DNA of 64,000 bases from Octopus sinensis (GCF_006345805.1 NC_043010.1:14694001-14758000); one strand, 5' to 3'. Positions 1-13,321 are shown, counted from the first letter of the stretch. Program-made: numbers and translations. Notes: generated by a model from the sequence alone, not told the origin.

Positions 1-127
1 CTGCCGGAGCCGCGTGCAGCTTAGGTGTTTTCGCTCATAAACACACATATCGCCCGGTCTGAGATTCGAACGCGCGGTCCCTCGACCGCAAGTCCGGTGC
101 TCTAACCACTAGGCCATGTGCCTCCAC
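1..127 (-). mobile_element. tRNA-derived SINE, family A (5' part; cut by window edge)
   Basis: Reverse complement reads GTGGAGGCACATGGCCTAGTGGTTAG...GTTCGAATC (A/B boxes); homologous to copies at 12584, 22642 and 62104. Confidence 0.85.
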
Positions 128-702
128 AATAGTAAAACAGTAATATGTAACTGAAGCGATATTGGTATTCTTACAGTCTGTCCAATCTTTTAGAAATAAT
201 TTCCTCATAATCCATTTCTGGTTGAGACTGGCAACCCTTCTTGCATCCCCGCCTTAGTTCCTATCCACCTGAAGGCCTGAATCTAGCAAGACAAAAGCGC
301 ACCTAAACTGAGTCGTCAGTTCAGCAACGTACAACGCTGTCACTTGATAATATGAACTTTATCAAGACGACGATCTGCGAGCCGATGGATCTGTTATGCT
401 TAGTGAGTATTCTCGATGCGACTTCAAACGTCTTCAGATGAATTCGAGACCGTGACAACAATACCGTTTGCGTTTGCCGACATAATCCACTTATGTCCCT
501 GACCCTCTCTACACCTGTAGCTTTTGCAATCAGAGAATTATGTACACTTGACGTATTGTACGTCGAAATTAAATGATATCGTTTACATATGAAAGGCAAA
601 GATTACAAAAATATCTACATTCCACGTCTTTAGTGTTGTAATGCCGATTGAAACAATGGACAAATGTACATTGAAATCATCACCATGGCATTATTATTAT
701 TA

Positions 703-1101
703 TCATTGTCATTTACTTTTAATCTGCATGTTTGATGCAATCACTTGCCGGGGCACACCCAGCGCCCTAGGGCAAGTGAAGGTTAAGAGTTGTTGAAATA
801 TAGCTGAAAGCTTGGGGAGGGAAAGTAGAGAAACATCTCCATGTAATACAAACACAAACATTTACATTGATAGGGTTTTTCTAAGGATGTGGGCAGTACT
901 TGTTAGCACAATCTTTTGGATTTCCTTGAGACATGGTTTTCCAGGGATATTGTCTAGGTGTTTCTGACATCTCTTTTTTATCATACCTAGGGCACCTACA
1001 ATAACAGGAACAGTTTTTGTTTTAAGATTCCACATCTTTTGTATTTCGATTTCCAGGTCCTTATATTTACTAAGTTTGTCAAATTCCTTTACAGATACAT
1101 T
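703..1101 (-). mobile_element. 3' end of an R4/Dong-like non-LTR retrotransposon (C-terminal RLE region plus 3'UTR)
   Basis: 862..1101 encodes NVSVKEFDKLSKYKDLEIEIQKMW..VPVIVGALG..IQKIVLTSTAHILRKTLSM*, the typical RLE C-terminus; (TAA)n on both sides. Confidence 0.75.
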
Positions 1102-1112
1102 TATTATTATCA

Positions 1113-1179
<67 letters not shown>

Positions 1180-1196
1180 CATCATCATCATCATCA

Positions 1197-1276
<80 letters not shown>

Positions 1277-1277
1277 G
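1097..1277. repeat. (ATT)n/(ATC)n microsatellite
   Basis: Direct inspection. Confidence 0.98.
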
Positions 1278-1280
1278 TTA

Positions 1281-1530
1281 TTCTGTAGCGAAAGGGGTGG
1301 TATGGTGGAGCCGTTTGAAAGAGCTAAGGTCAGATACTTTCCTCTTTGGCCCGGGCCTCATCAACTTTTTCGAGTTTCACTTGAAAAGGAAGATGAGAGT
1401 AGAGAGGGAAGTGCTGCCCGATAGCAAGTTTATTGAAAGGTGGATCAATGTCGCAAGAATAGCCAGTATGAACGGACCAATTCTGAGTATACACCTGTGA
1501 GAATTAAAAGCAAATATAAAAAGAAAAAGG
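1281..1530 (+). mobile_element. Possible Tx1/L1-type LINE ORF2 C-terminal remnant with A-rich tail
   Basis: Frame encodes LINFFEFHLKRKMRVEREVLPDSKFIERWINVARIASMNGPILSIHL*, resembling Tx1 C-termini (F..RW), followed by an A-rich tract; recognition from memory only. Confidence 0.4.
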
Positions 1531-1547
1531 GGCTCTCTACCCACCTT

Positions 1548-1588
1548 ATTATTATTATTATTATTAATATTTGTATGAAGCAAATGAG

Positions 1589-1625
<37 letters not shown>

Positions 1626-1670
1626 GTTATTATCATTATTATTTTTATTATTATTATTATAATTATTATT

Positions 1671-1749
<79 letters not shown>

Positions 1750-1767
1750 CATTATTATTATTATCAT
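1548..1767. repeat. (ATT)n microsatellite
   Basis: Direct inspection. Confidence 0.97.
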
Positions 1768-2095
1768 TTGTATGAAGCAGATGAAGAAGGACAGTGTAAG
1801 TCTCATAAAGCAACCATTAAAAGGGAAAGTGCGAAACAAGTACAATTGATTACGAAAACGCAATAAAGATGTACGGTCAATAAATAACAGATTCTGAAGC
1901 TATGCATACATGCATACGTATATACAAATATACATACATGCATATACATATATACATACATTCATTCATATATGCATGCACGCAAACACACAGTTGTCAT
2001 ACATTTATTCATGAATATATACAGACACATGCATACAAAAATATACTGATATACTTATAAGTATATACATATACATATATATATATATAAATACT

Positions 2096-2131
<36 letters not shown>

Positions 2132-2210
2132 CAAAATTACATGTAGGTACATATGTATATTTTATATAATATAGATTGGTGCATATGCATATATATACAC
2201 ACACATTTTG

Positions 2211-2534
<324 letters not shown>

Positions 2535-2830
2535 CTTGTATGCGTGTGCGTGTATTTCGGAGTTGCATTATCAGGGTTAGGTAAGTGTCATGAACTGAGA
2601 TTGTGCGTTGAATCTAAAGTAGTTTTATAGAAAGATACACAAAGCTCTTAACGCTCGTTTTATTTCGTGAGCAGACAAAATATTTTCTGCACCGCTGCGA
2701 CCTTGTCTCTGGTATAGCTTCAATGGTCTAGGAGTTGGACAGGACGAAGTGGTGTGTCCTTGAGGGAGGAAGTTCATTTCATGTCACCCCAATCTACTTA
2801 CACCTAAAATCTTTCTCATAGTCGACGTTG

Positions 2831-2871
<41 letters not shown>

Positions 2872-3330
2872 TCTCTCTCTCTCTCTCTATCTTATATATA
2901 TATATATATATATATAATGATATTAGGGAATAAATCCAAACTTACAGGGAAAAATTAGATTTAGGATTAAATCCAATTTTATAGTATAAATATATTATAT
3001 TATATTAAATTAGAGATAAAACCACTATTAGGCAAATCAAACAGTGAAAAACATAAGCCAATACATAAAATTAATTAAAAAATATAAAAGTAAAAATAAA
3101 AAAATTATTTAAATAATTAAACTTTTAAATTTTATATATATATACAAATAAATATATATATATGTATGTATGAAATTTTTTATATTTATATATTATTTTA
3201 TTTATTAATTTATTAATTTATTTATTTTTATTTTTTTAAATATCAAAACTATTAAAAGTTTAATAAAAGATAAAGAGTAATATATATATATATATATACA
3301 GACACATGTGTGTGTGTGTGTGTGCGAGTG

Positions 3331-3362
<32 letters not shown>

Positions 3363-3504
3363 GTGGAGAAATTGCACAAAATGTATAAATGGATGATGAG
3401 TAAAGCACCGGCACAGTTTCGATGTATTGCAGGAACTTCGAAGTGGCGGTTGGCGTAACAGTATTAATAAAATAGGAGATGGAATGTGTAATAGACTTTA
3501 CTGG

Positions 3505-3546
3505 GTACAACATATATTTCGACCCGTTCTGGGTCTCTTCAGGTAC
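3505..3546 (-). ncRNA. Minimal type I hammerhead ribozyme motif
   Basis: Minus strand: GUAC CUGAAGA GACCC agaac GGGUC GAAA uauaug UU GUAC; stem I GUAC/GUAC, stem II 5 bp, near-palindromic stem III. Confidence 0.7.
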
Positions 3547-3780
3547 ATCAATAAAAAGTCTCTCTAGAGATTTTTTGAGTCGGCTTACGTACCGCTATAT
3601 GTCCATCAAATTCGAGAATGAATAAAATCAGAGAAAAATTGAAACGCAAAAATTCAAATATGAACGTGGTACGTATACGTTCCAGTTTAGAGAAAACGAC
3701 GTAATCAGCTTTCACTATTGTAACTGTTAAGAGAAAGAAAAGTAAGTAGAAGTTGAACACAGGATAATATATATATATAT

Positions 3781-4192
3781 TTTTTACTACCCACAAGGGG
3801 CAAAAACACAGAGGGGGCAAACAAGGACAGACATAGGTATTAAGTCGATTATATCGACCCCAGTGCGTAACTGGTACTTAATTTATCGACCCCGAAAGGA
3901 TGAAAGGCAAAGTCGACCTCAGCGGAATTTGAACTCGGAACGTAACGACAGACGAAATACCTATTTCTTTATTACCCACAAGGGGCTAAACACAGAGGAG
4001 ACAAAGAAGGACAGACATAGGTATTAAGCCGATTACATCGACCCCAGTGCGTAACTGGTACTTAATTTATCGATCCCGAAAGGATGAAAGGCAAAGTCGA
4101 CCTCAGCAGAATTTGAACTCGGAACGTAACGACAGACGAAATACGGCTACGCATTTCGCCCGGCGTGCTAACGTTTCTGTCAGCTCGCCGCC
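3781..4192 (-). mobile_element. tRNA-derived SINE family C, head-to-tail dimer
   Basis: Two units joined at GAAATAGGTATTTC; central GTCGACTTTGCCTTTCATCCTTTCGGGGTCGAT domain resembles Nin/Deu-type SINE cores. Confidence 0.85.
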
Positions 4193-4530
4193 CTCAAACA
4201 TAATATATACGGAGCAAAAATTCAGGAGACAACATTTGCGAAGATATCATTGGCTCTATTATTATCTAGTGTAACAATTTAAAAATGGTTATAACAGAAT
4301 CAATAATATAGGCGATTGCAGTCCCCACCCCCCGCCAAAGCATTAAATAACTGAAAGCTTTCAACATGGGTAAATTATAAAGGGATGATTTGAAGTAGTT
4401 AGACGGATTTAGCGTCTATCTTCAGCACATAGGCACGGAAGCCTCTGTACCCTTAATCATAATTGTACTTTTTACTATTACAACTCACTCTCTCTCCATC
4501 CCTCTCCCCCTCTCTCTCTATATATATATA

Positions 4531-4700
4531 GGCGCAGGCGTGGCTGTGTGGTAAGAAGATTAGTCCTCGGTCACATGGCTCTGGGTTCAGTCTCATTGCA
4601 TGGCAACTTGGGCAGATGTCTTCTGCTATAGCCTCGGGCCGACCAAAGCCTTATGAGTGGAATTTGTTGACGGAAACTGAAAGAATCCTATCATATATAT

Positions 4701-4755
<55 letters not shown>

Positions 4756-4993
4756 GTGTGTATGTGTTTGTGTGTGTGTGTGTGTGTGCGTGTGCGTGTG
4801 TATTTATGTGTCCCACTACCATCGCTTGACAAGCGATGTTAGTGTATTTACGTCCCCGTAACTTAGCGGTTCGGTAAACGAGACCGATAGAATAAGTACT
4901 AGGCTTACAAAGAATAAGTCCTGGGGTCGATTTGCTCGACTAAAGGCGGTGCTCCAGCATGGCCACAGTCAAATGACTGAAACAAATAAAAGA
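4531..4993 (+). mobile_element. tRNA-derived SINE family B with internal (TA)/(TG) microsatellite
   Basis: Head GGCGCAGG(A/C)GTGGCTGTGTGGTAAG...GGTTCAGTC; 3' half ends GTCAAATGACTGAAACAAATAAAAGA; more than 10 copies in window. Confidence 0.85.
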
Positions 4994-5040
4994 ATATATA
5001 TACATATATATATATATATACACACATATAATATACATAC

Positions 5041-5073
<33 letters not shown>

Positions 5074-5160
5074 GCAGTAAGCTACAGTAACTCAAGGCCC
5101 GAGAATTTCGTACATATTTTATTTAAACGATTTCTTCAACAAAAGAACCTTGCATCACAA

Positions 5161-5242
5161 GGCTCTGATGAAGCTCAAAGTTGTCATACACTCACTCACA
5201 TCAGTGTGCATAGTTCTGCCATTGCGGAAACAGCTGTAAAGC
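5161..5242 (+). ncRNA. Degenerate type I hammerhead-like motif
   Basis: CUGAUGA (5165) ... GAAA CAGCUG UA (5227-5238) with palindromic stem III; stems I and II poorly paired. Confidence 0.35.
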
Positions 5243-5627
5243 AATGAATGTGTTAACATAAGTACTGTTTGTTTGTAATTCTCTTCTTAACGCACGCACA
5301 AAGACACAAACGTACTTGCACGTACGCACACACTACACACTGTCGATCTCACACGTGCATGTATGAAATGCAATTTTTCTTGTAAAGAATAGAATAAGTA
5401 ACAATTATGATATGTCGGGTTTCGTTTTTATTTGGGAAGGAGGAGTTTGCAGTGGTGTCATTGGCATCAGGTTGTTTAATTAAATGAGAGTTAATGTGTT
5501 CGTGGGTGGTCAATTGTCTTGATTTAATGACATTGTGGGCTACGGAGATGAATATTGTATTGAGGACAGAGAAGACGCTACGTCGTTAAGAAATAATTGA
5601 TTAAACATAGGAACAAATATATTTATG

Positions 5628-5716
<89 letters not shown>

Positions 5717-5795
5717 TTATTTATTTATATATATATATATATATTTATTTATTTATTTATATATATATATGTATATACATACATACATATATATA

Positions 5796-5847
<52 letters not shown>

Positions 5848-6639
5848 ATATATATATATATGAAACTAACTAGAATCGTTAAATAATACGTAATGGATAT
5901 ATCTTCTGTTAATTAGTTTTCAAGGACGCGTGTGTTGTTACTGGTCCACGGGTATTTTTGGGGTGTGTGGGTATGTGTGATTGCTTTTCAGAGTGTGTGA
6001 CTGTATACATGACTGTGTATGTCTGACTCTGCTTCTGTGTGTTTGTGTGTGTATATGTGAGAAAGAAATTCTGTGATTGCTTTCGTAGTGGTTTATTGGT
6101 GTTTGTTTGGTAGTGTGCGGTTAGGTAGGGATGAGGGTACGAGGTTTCTTGTTTGTATAGACATGAAATTTGTGTGTGTGTATGTGTGTGTGAGCGTGGG
6201 TTTATGAGCGTATGTGAGTGTGGGTTTATTAGGCATATATACATATACAAATATATAAAACCATATACAAATATAAACATATGCATACATATACCGTTAT
6301 ATTTTGGCACACACACATACATATAGGTATGTACGTATTGCTCACATCATAAGAATTTGGCAATCTTCCACTTTTCTGTGTACCGAGAGAGGCAGGGTTA
6401 ATTTTTTTGAGGATATAGACGTCGTCATCTCTGTGAAGGTCGCTGTTTGTGAAGGGGAATTTTATATTTGTTAGTGTATGAATAGGCCAATCAGGTCGGA
6501 TATTTTCCTTACACTTAGTCGGGAGATTTTATAATGTATCACAGTTTAAAGACTCGAAATGAAACTTGCAGTGACTCCTTTACGTTGAACTTTACAGTTC
6601 CAGAAATAAATATCATTCTATCCTCAGTATTGAGTTTAT

Positions 6640-6749
6640 ATTTTCCACTATGTATGTACGTATGTATGTATGCATATATGTATGTACATATGCACGTACG
6701 TATGTGTATACGCGTATATATATATATATATATATATATACATAGATAC

Positions 6750-6782
<33 letters not shown>

Positions 6783-6786
6783 ATAT

Positions 6787-6873
<87 letters not shown>

Positions 6874-7021
6874 ATATATATATATACAATATATATATAT
6901 CCATATACATATGCATACATATATAGACACGTATGTTAATTCAGAGCAGATAATGCTGTTGATCCAGAACACAATTATACGCATACGTATTTATGCGTGT
7001 GTGTATAATACATACATACAT

Positions 7022-7105
<84 letters not shown>

Positions 7106-7501
7106 GTGCGCATTTGTGCATTTGATTTTTACACACACATAATTATACTTATTTATACTCTCATAAACACACGGTTGTATAATATTTCATATATGTATAC
7201 ATCTGGTGTGGTTTTGCTATTTCCTCCTGTACAATATATTTTATATCTTTAATCTTTTCATTTCACCTTTGTCCCCATACATATCATCCTATATTCTAAG
7301 CTTAGACTTGCATGTATTATGCATACATATATCTCCATACAAACATAACTTACTACACAACCACATACAAACATGCATGCATACAAAGATTTATTTCTAT
7401 ATGCATACTTGCATATCTCCGTATACACAATATAATATGCATATATATTTTCATATATACACACGCACCCACACGCACACATATACACATACACGTATTT
7501 G

Positions 7502-7534
<33 letters not shown>

Positions 7535-7666
7535 GTATATATATATGTATATATATATGTATATATATATGTATATATATATATATATATATATTATATA
7601 ATATATATATATATATTATTACATATATGTTTTATATATATATATATTATAATATATATATATATG

Positions 7667-7706
<40 letters not shown>

Positions 7707-7780
7707 TATATATATAATATATATATATATATGTATTTTTCGTAAACTCTCCCTATATATATATGTATATATATCATGTG
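6640..7780. repeat. Compound (TA)n/(CA)n/(TATG)n microsatellite tract
   Basis: Direct inspection; a similar tract lies at 5620..5860. Confidence 0.9.
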
Positions 7781-8475
7781 TGTAACTATACATATAGCCT
7801 TTCATATCCACATGCACACACATATATTCATGCCTGCACACTGTCCCTCCCCTCACCGCCTTCTCCAACGAATTTATCTCTTCTAGCCACCAGTATATGG
7901 ATGTCAGCAGCGCAAATAAATAATCGATGGTTTTGTTTGACTAAAGAAAGACAAAGGATAAATACATTAAAATGCAAAAAAAAAAAAAAAAAAACGATAA
8001 CAAAAAAAAAAACCAGAAGGGGGAAAAATCGATTTAGTATTTGCTATGCTGTAAATGACAAACGAAGAGGCATAGAAAAAACAACAACAAAAGAAACGAA
8101 AAAATAGCGTAAAAGCACGAACGTTTGTTTCAAATTCGTCCATGTTTATAAATTTACTATATATCGGTTTTACAAAATGAGTATGAATGAATTATGTAAC
8201 ACGAGTTTGCGTTTTCTTCTATTTCAAAATATACATTTCCAAGTGACCTCTTATAGGACAAGTGGTCGTTACCGTTACTGTTATTGTCGTTATTCCCATT
8301 GTTGTTGCTACCATTGTTGCTGTTATTACCGCTGATGTAGTTATCGCCATCGTTTTTGCTGTTTTTGTCTATTAACTCCTTATCAACACCATTCGAATAC
8401 TGATTAAAAGAACACCAGCGGTGGCCATGAACGTCCGTTTAAGGAATTTTCTACAGCTACTTCATCCAATGTATC

Positions 8476-9281
8476 TTTGCTTATCTTATATTGAGATGGT
8501 TAGAGAATCTGGTTTAGGAGAGATTTTAGCACTTGTTCACGTCATGTTGAGGGACCACAATAGAGGCTTGTCGTTGGCTTGTGCGGACCTTATGCGTTCC
8601 TAAAGTTATCATAAATGTACCAGCAAAATTCGGTTTTGCTTATCTTATATTGAGATGGTTAGAGAATCTGGTTTAGGAGAGATTTTAGCACTTGTTCACG
8701 TCATGTTGAGGGACCACATAGAGGCTTTGTCGTTGGCTTGTGCGGACCTTATGCGTTCCTAAAGTTATCATAAATGTACCCAGCAAAATTCGGTTTTGCT
8801 TATCTTATATTGAGATGGTTAGAGAATCTGGTTTAGGAGAGATTTTAGCACTTGTTCACGTCATGTTGAGGGACCACATAGAGGCTTTGTCGTTGGCTTG
8901 TGCGGACCTTATGCGTTCCTAAAGTTATCATAAATGTACCCAGCAAAATTCGGTTTTGCTTATCTTATATTGAGATGGTTAGAGAATCTGGTTTAGGAGA
9001 GATTTTGGCACTGGTTCACGTCATGCTGAGGGACCACATAGAGGCTTTGTCGTTGGCTTGTGCGAACCTTATGCATTCCTAAAGTTACCATAAATGTACC
9101 CAGCAAAATTCGGTTTTGCTTATCTTATATTGAGATGGTTAGAGAATCTGGTTTAGGAGAGATTTTGGCACTTGTTCACGTCATATTGAGGGACCACATA
9201 GAGGTTTTGTCGTTGGCTTGTGCGAACCTTATGCGTTCCTAAAGTTACCATAAATGTACCCAGAAAAAATCGGTTTTGCTT
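8476..9281. repeat. Tandem array, 160-bp unit, about 5 copies
   Basis: CGGTTTTGCT recurs at 8631, 8791, 8951, 9111 and 9271. Confidence 0.97.
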
Positions 9282-10049
9282 TTTCGTTCAACACCACGAA
9301 ATTTTCAAAATTTCTTCAGAATAAAAGAGACAGTTTTTCCCGACTAAAACCTTTGAAAGCGGTGCTCCTGCATGGCTGCCGTATAATAACTGAAACAAAT
9401 AAGCGATAAAAGATTAAGTGGCTGGAGATAGATGAGGTAGGTATAAATTAGGTGAATGATAGAACCGGTAGAGCGTCAGGCAACCTACTTTGTGTTTCTT
9501 TTTCTTGTACCTTTTTATGACTGATTTCAATTTCCGCACTGGTCTACTTTGTCTTTGAAGTTAATAAAATAAATATTAGTCAAATTGTAATCGACTACAT
9601 TCTAGAATGAAGTGACTCTACTATAGCTGCAGTTCCATGTCGAAAATCAGTAAAATAACGATAATGACAAGTTTAACTAATAGAGTATCGAAATATTACT
9701 ATCTGGGATGGTTCCATCTACGATGTCTGGTTTGGCGCGAGAGGGAAGAAGGAAGGAAAGATGGATGGATAGACAGTCGCGTATAATCATATTTAATACA
9801 TTCTTGTACATTCAGTGGTAGGAGGACCTTTCAATGCGGAAATGGTCCTGGGAGAAAACTCCCTTCTCAAACTATATTTGTAAAAACCCTTTCGGTTAGG
9901 AATGATACCGTCGGATAGTATTTCAATGCGTCACTGCGGGTCGTTATCTACTAATAGCGAATTCGTCTTTGACAACACTATAAGAACGATAGTTCCCATA
10001 ATAATGATATAAGAACAACAAATAGCGTATTTCCTGGTACTAACAATCA

Positions 10050-10350
10050 TGAGGTAATGAGTTCGATTCCCGGACTGGGCTCTGTGTTGTGTTCTTGAGC
10101 AAGATTTTTTTTATTTCACGTTGCTCCAGTTCACTCAGCTGTAGAAATAAAGTTGCGACGTCACTGATGATAAGCTGTATCGGCCCTTTTGCCTTTCCCT
10201 TGGATAACACTGGTGGCGTGGAGAGGGGAGACCGGTACGCATGGGCGACTGCTGGTCTTCCATAAATAACCTTGCCCGGACCTGTGCTTGGGAGGGTAAC
10301 TTTCTAGGTGCAATCCCATGGTCATTCATGATCGAAGCGGGGTCTTAAAA
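10050..10350 (+). mobile_element. tRNA-type SINE family D
   Basis: B box GAGTTCGATTCCC, then TTCTTGAGCAAG...TTGCTCCAGTTCACTCAGCTG core-type motif. Confidence 0.6.
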
Positions 10351-10652
10351 GCTTGGTCGCATTCCTGCATACCTGTTCAACATATTAGTTAAGTTACTTT
10401 TTACTTACTCTTCAACATAATAAGGATCACAAGAGAGTGAAGGAGCTTCAAAACGGACAGAATCTTTGTCTATTCAATTTAGCTGGTAAAAAAACCCTTT
10501 AAAGTACAATCTATTCCCTTTAAAATTGGGTGCACTTGAAGCAGTGAGACAAATTTTAACGTTGAAGTTCCATTGAGATCGTAAATATCACAGGTGCTCT
10601 AAAAACTGGACACACATATGTAATACATAGATAAATAGAAATATATGAAGGG

Positions 10653-11698
10653 CTTCCTTATGATTTCCGTTTATTAGATTCTCTCACAAGGCTTTCCGAG
10701 ACTTTAGTAGACGACACTTGCCTAAGGTGCCGCGCTGTGGGACTGAACTCAAATCCATGTACTTGTGAAGCTTGATCACGTGTGGATAAAAAACCCAACA
10801 AAAACCAAAACCAAAAGCAATGACACCACCAACAGAAAACTCCAGATGGGATGGTCACGAAAGGAAAACCTTTCATCATAGATCACTCAGAGATGACTCG
10901 GTCTTCCTTATGATTTCCGTTTATTAGATTCTCTCACCAGGTTTACAAGTCATTGGCCTTTTCGAGATTTTAGTAGAGGACACTTGCCTAAGGTGCCGTG
11001 CTGTGGGACTGAACTCAAATCCATGTACTTGTGAAGCTTGATCACGTGGTGGATAAAAAACCCAACAAAAACCAAAACCAAAAGCAATGATACCACCAAC
11101 AGAAAACTCCAGATGGATGGTCACGAAAGGAAACCTTTCATTATAGATCACTCAGAGATGACTCGGTCTTCCTTATGATTTCCGTTTATTAGATTCTCTC
11201 ACCAGGTTTACAAGTCATTGGCCTTTTCGAGATTTTAGTAGAGGACACTTGCCTAAGGTGCCGTGCTGTGGGACTGAACTCAAATCCATGTACTTGTGAA
11301 GCTTGATCACGTGTGGATAAAAAACCCAACAAAAACCAAAACCAAAAGCAATGATACCACCAACAGAAAACTCCAGATGGGATGGTCACGAAAGGAAAAC
11401 CTTTCATTATAGATCACTCAGAGATGACTCGGTCTTCCTTATGATTTCCGTTTATTAGATTCTCTCACCAGGTTTACAAGTCATTGGCCTTTTCGAGATT
11501 TTAGTAGAGGACACTTGCCTAAGGTGCCGTGCTGTGGGACTGAACTCAAATCCATGTACTTGTGAAGCTTGATCACGTGTGGATAAAAAACCCAACAAAA
11601 ACCAAAACCAAAAGCAATGATACCACCAACAGAAAACTCCAGATGGGATGGTCACGAATGGAAAACATTTCATCATAGATCACTCAGTGATGACTCGG
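10653..11698. repeat. Tandem array, ~266-bp unit, 4 copies, built from SINE pieces
   Basis: CTTCCTTATGATTTCCG at 10653, 10903, 11168 and 11434; the unit contains a reversed family-B-like head. Confidence 0.97.
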
Positions 11699-12006
11699 GG
11701 TTAAACAACAACAAGCGTAATTCAGTCTAAGGTCTCACAAATCAACCACTGATAAGGCAACTGTCTTTGCGCAGACGGACATATATGACTTCGTTGAAGC
11801 GTTAGTTAATGTATGATTGTCTACTTCTCTGTTTTTGTTCTTTTTTCTTCCGCTTCTCTGCTATTTTCATTTGCTTTCTCCTCCTTCTGTCTCCACGTCT
11901 TCTTTGACGCACAATTTACGTCAATTCCTTCTTCTCTTCCTCCTCTTCGTCGGACTCCCTCCATTCACATTATACGATTCAACGATATTCTTCTTTATAC
12001 GTCAGA

Positions 12007-12100
12007 TTTACAACAGAGGAATGAATCTACTATAATCGCTTTTGGAGCGGAATGGGGAAAAAACCCCCCAAAAACAAAAAAACACAAAGAAGACAAAAAA

Positions 12101-12151
<51 letters not shown>

Positions 12152-12798
12152 ACACATACACACACACACACACACACAGAGAAACTTCAAGACTGAATAA
12201 TGGAATAAGTAATTAATAATGCTTTATAAAGATAGAAAGAAATGAAGTGAAAAAATAATGTACAAAAATGAAACCAAAACAAAACAAAACAAAACAAAAC
12301 GAACCAACCTAGAAACAACGATATGACCAGAAAAAAAAACAACCAAAAACAAAGCAATATGAATAAATTATTAATACTAGCAAGAACATTGTTCTAATAC
12401 TGTAGACAAGTCTAGAAAAACTGATGGCGTACCGAGTTATACGTGTGATGAAGGTGGACGCATCGGTCGATGATAAAAAAGACGTTTCGATAAACGACAC
12501 GTTGTCAACGTTGCTAATCGTAACTGATTATTGCGTATTGCTGCTGTGATATTTATACGAAATCGTGTCATATATGTAATGTATAGGAGCACTCCGTCGG
12601 TTGCGACGATGAGGGTCCATTATTCAGTCTTGAAGTTTCTGTGTGGTGTGTGTGTATGTGTGTGTGTGTGTGTGTGCGTGTGTGTGTGAGTGTGTGTGTG
12701 TGTGTGTGTTTTGTTTTCTTTGTGTTTTTTGTTTTTTGGGGTTTTTTCCCCATTCCGCTCCAAAAGCGATTATAGTAGATTCATTCCTCTGTTGTAAA
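12007..12798. repeat. Local inverted duplication (12007..12204 vs 12616..12798)
   Basis: TTTACAACAGAGG...GACTGAATAATGGA present on + and, reverse-complemented, inside the family A SINE. Confidence 0.92.
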
Positions 12799-13155
12799 CA
12801 GCTGATACGATCAACGGAACAGCTTGCTCGTGATATTAACGTGCAAGTGGCTGAGCATTCCCCAGACACGTGTACCCTTAACGTAGTTCTCGGGGGGGGG
12901 GGGAGATTCAGCGTGACACACAGGATGTGACAAGGCTGGCCCCTTGAAATACAGGTACAAGAGAAACAGGAAGAAAGAGCGAGAGAAAGTTGTGGTGAAA
13001 GAGTACAGCAGGGTTCACCACCACCCCCTGCCGGAGCCTTGTGGAGCGTTAGGTGTTTTCGCTCAATAAACACTCACAATGCCCGGTCTGGGAATCGAAA
13101 CCGCGATCCTCCGACCGCGAGTCCGCTGCCCTAACCACTGGGCCATTGCGCCTCC
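12584..13155 (-). mobile_element. tRNA-derived SINE family A with internal insertion
   Basis: Head at 13155; TSD ATATATGTAATGTA at 12570..12583 and 13156..13169. Confidence 0.85.
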
Positions 13156-13321
13156 ATATATGTAATGTAATGTATGTATGTTCTTCGCTTTCTCTTTAAT
13201 TTAGAGTAAATTTCGACCGGGCACCTGTCTGTTAGCAAAGTTGTGAAGGAAGGCATCTTGTTCTGTTCATCCTCCTCTAAATCTTCAGAAAGCCTTGCAG
13301 ACTTATATAGTCCCAGATACC

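Noticed and set aside
321-599. 92-aa ORF of complex sequence
   Set aside because: No recognisable motif in any frame and no splice support
8421-9242. Repeated 60-aa ORFs in the 160-bp array, and CRISPR-like appearance of the two arrays
   Set aside because: Unit length is not a multiple of 3, starts are non-ATG, and there are no unique spacers; the DNA is eukaryotic
10870-10900. CUGAGUGA...GAAA on the minus strand of the 266-bp unit (possible retrozyme array)
   Set aside because: No stem II can form and stem I does not pair next to the core
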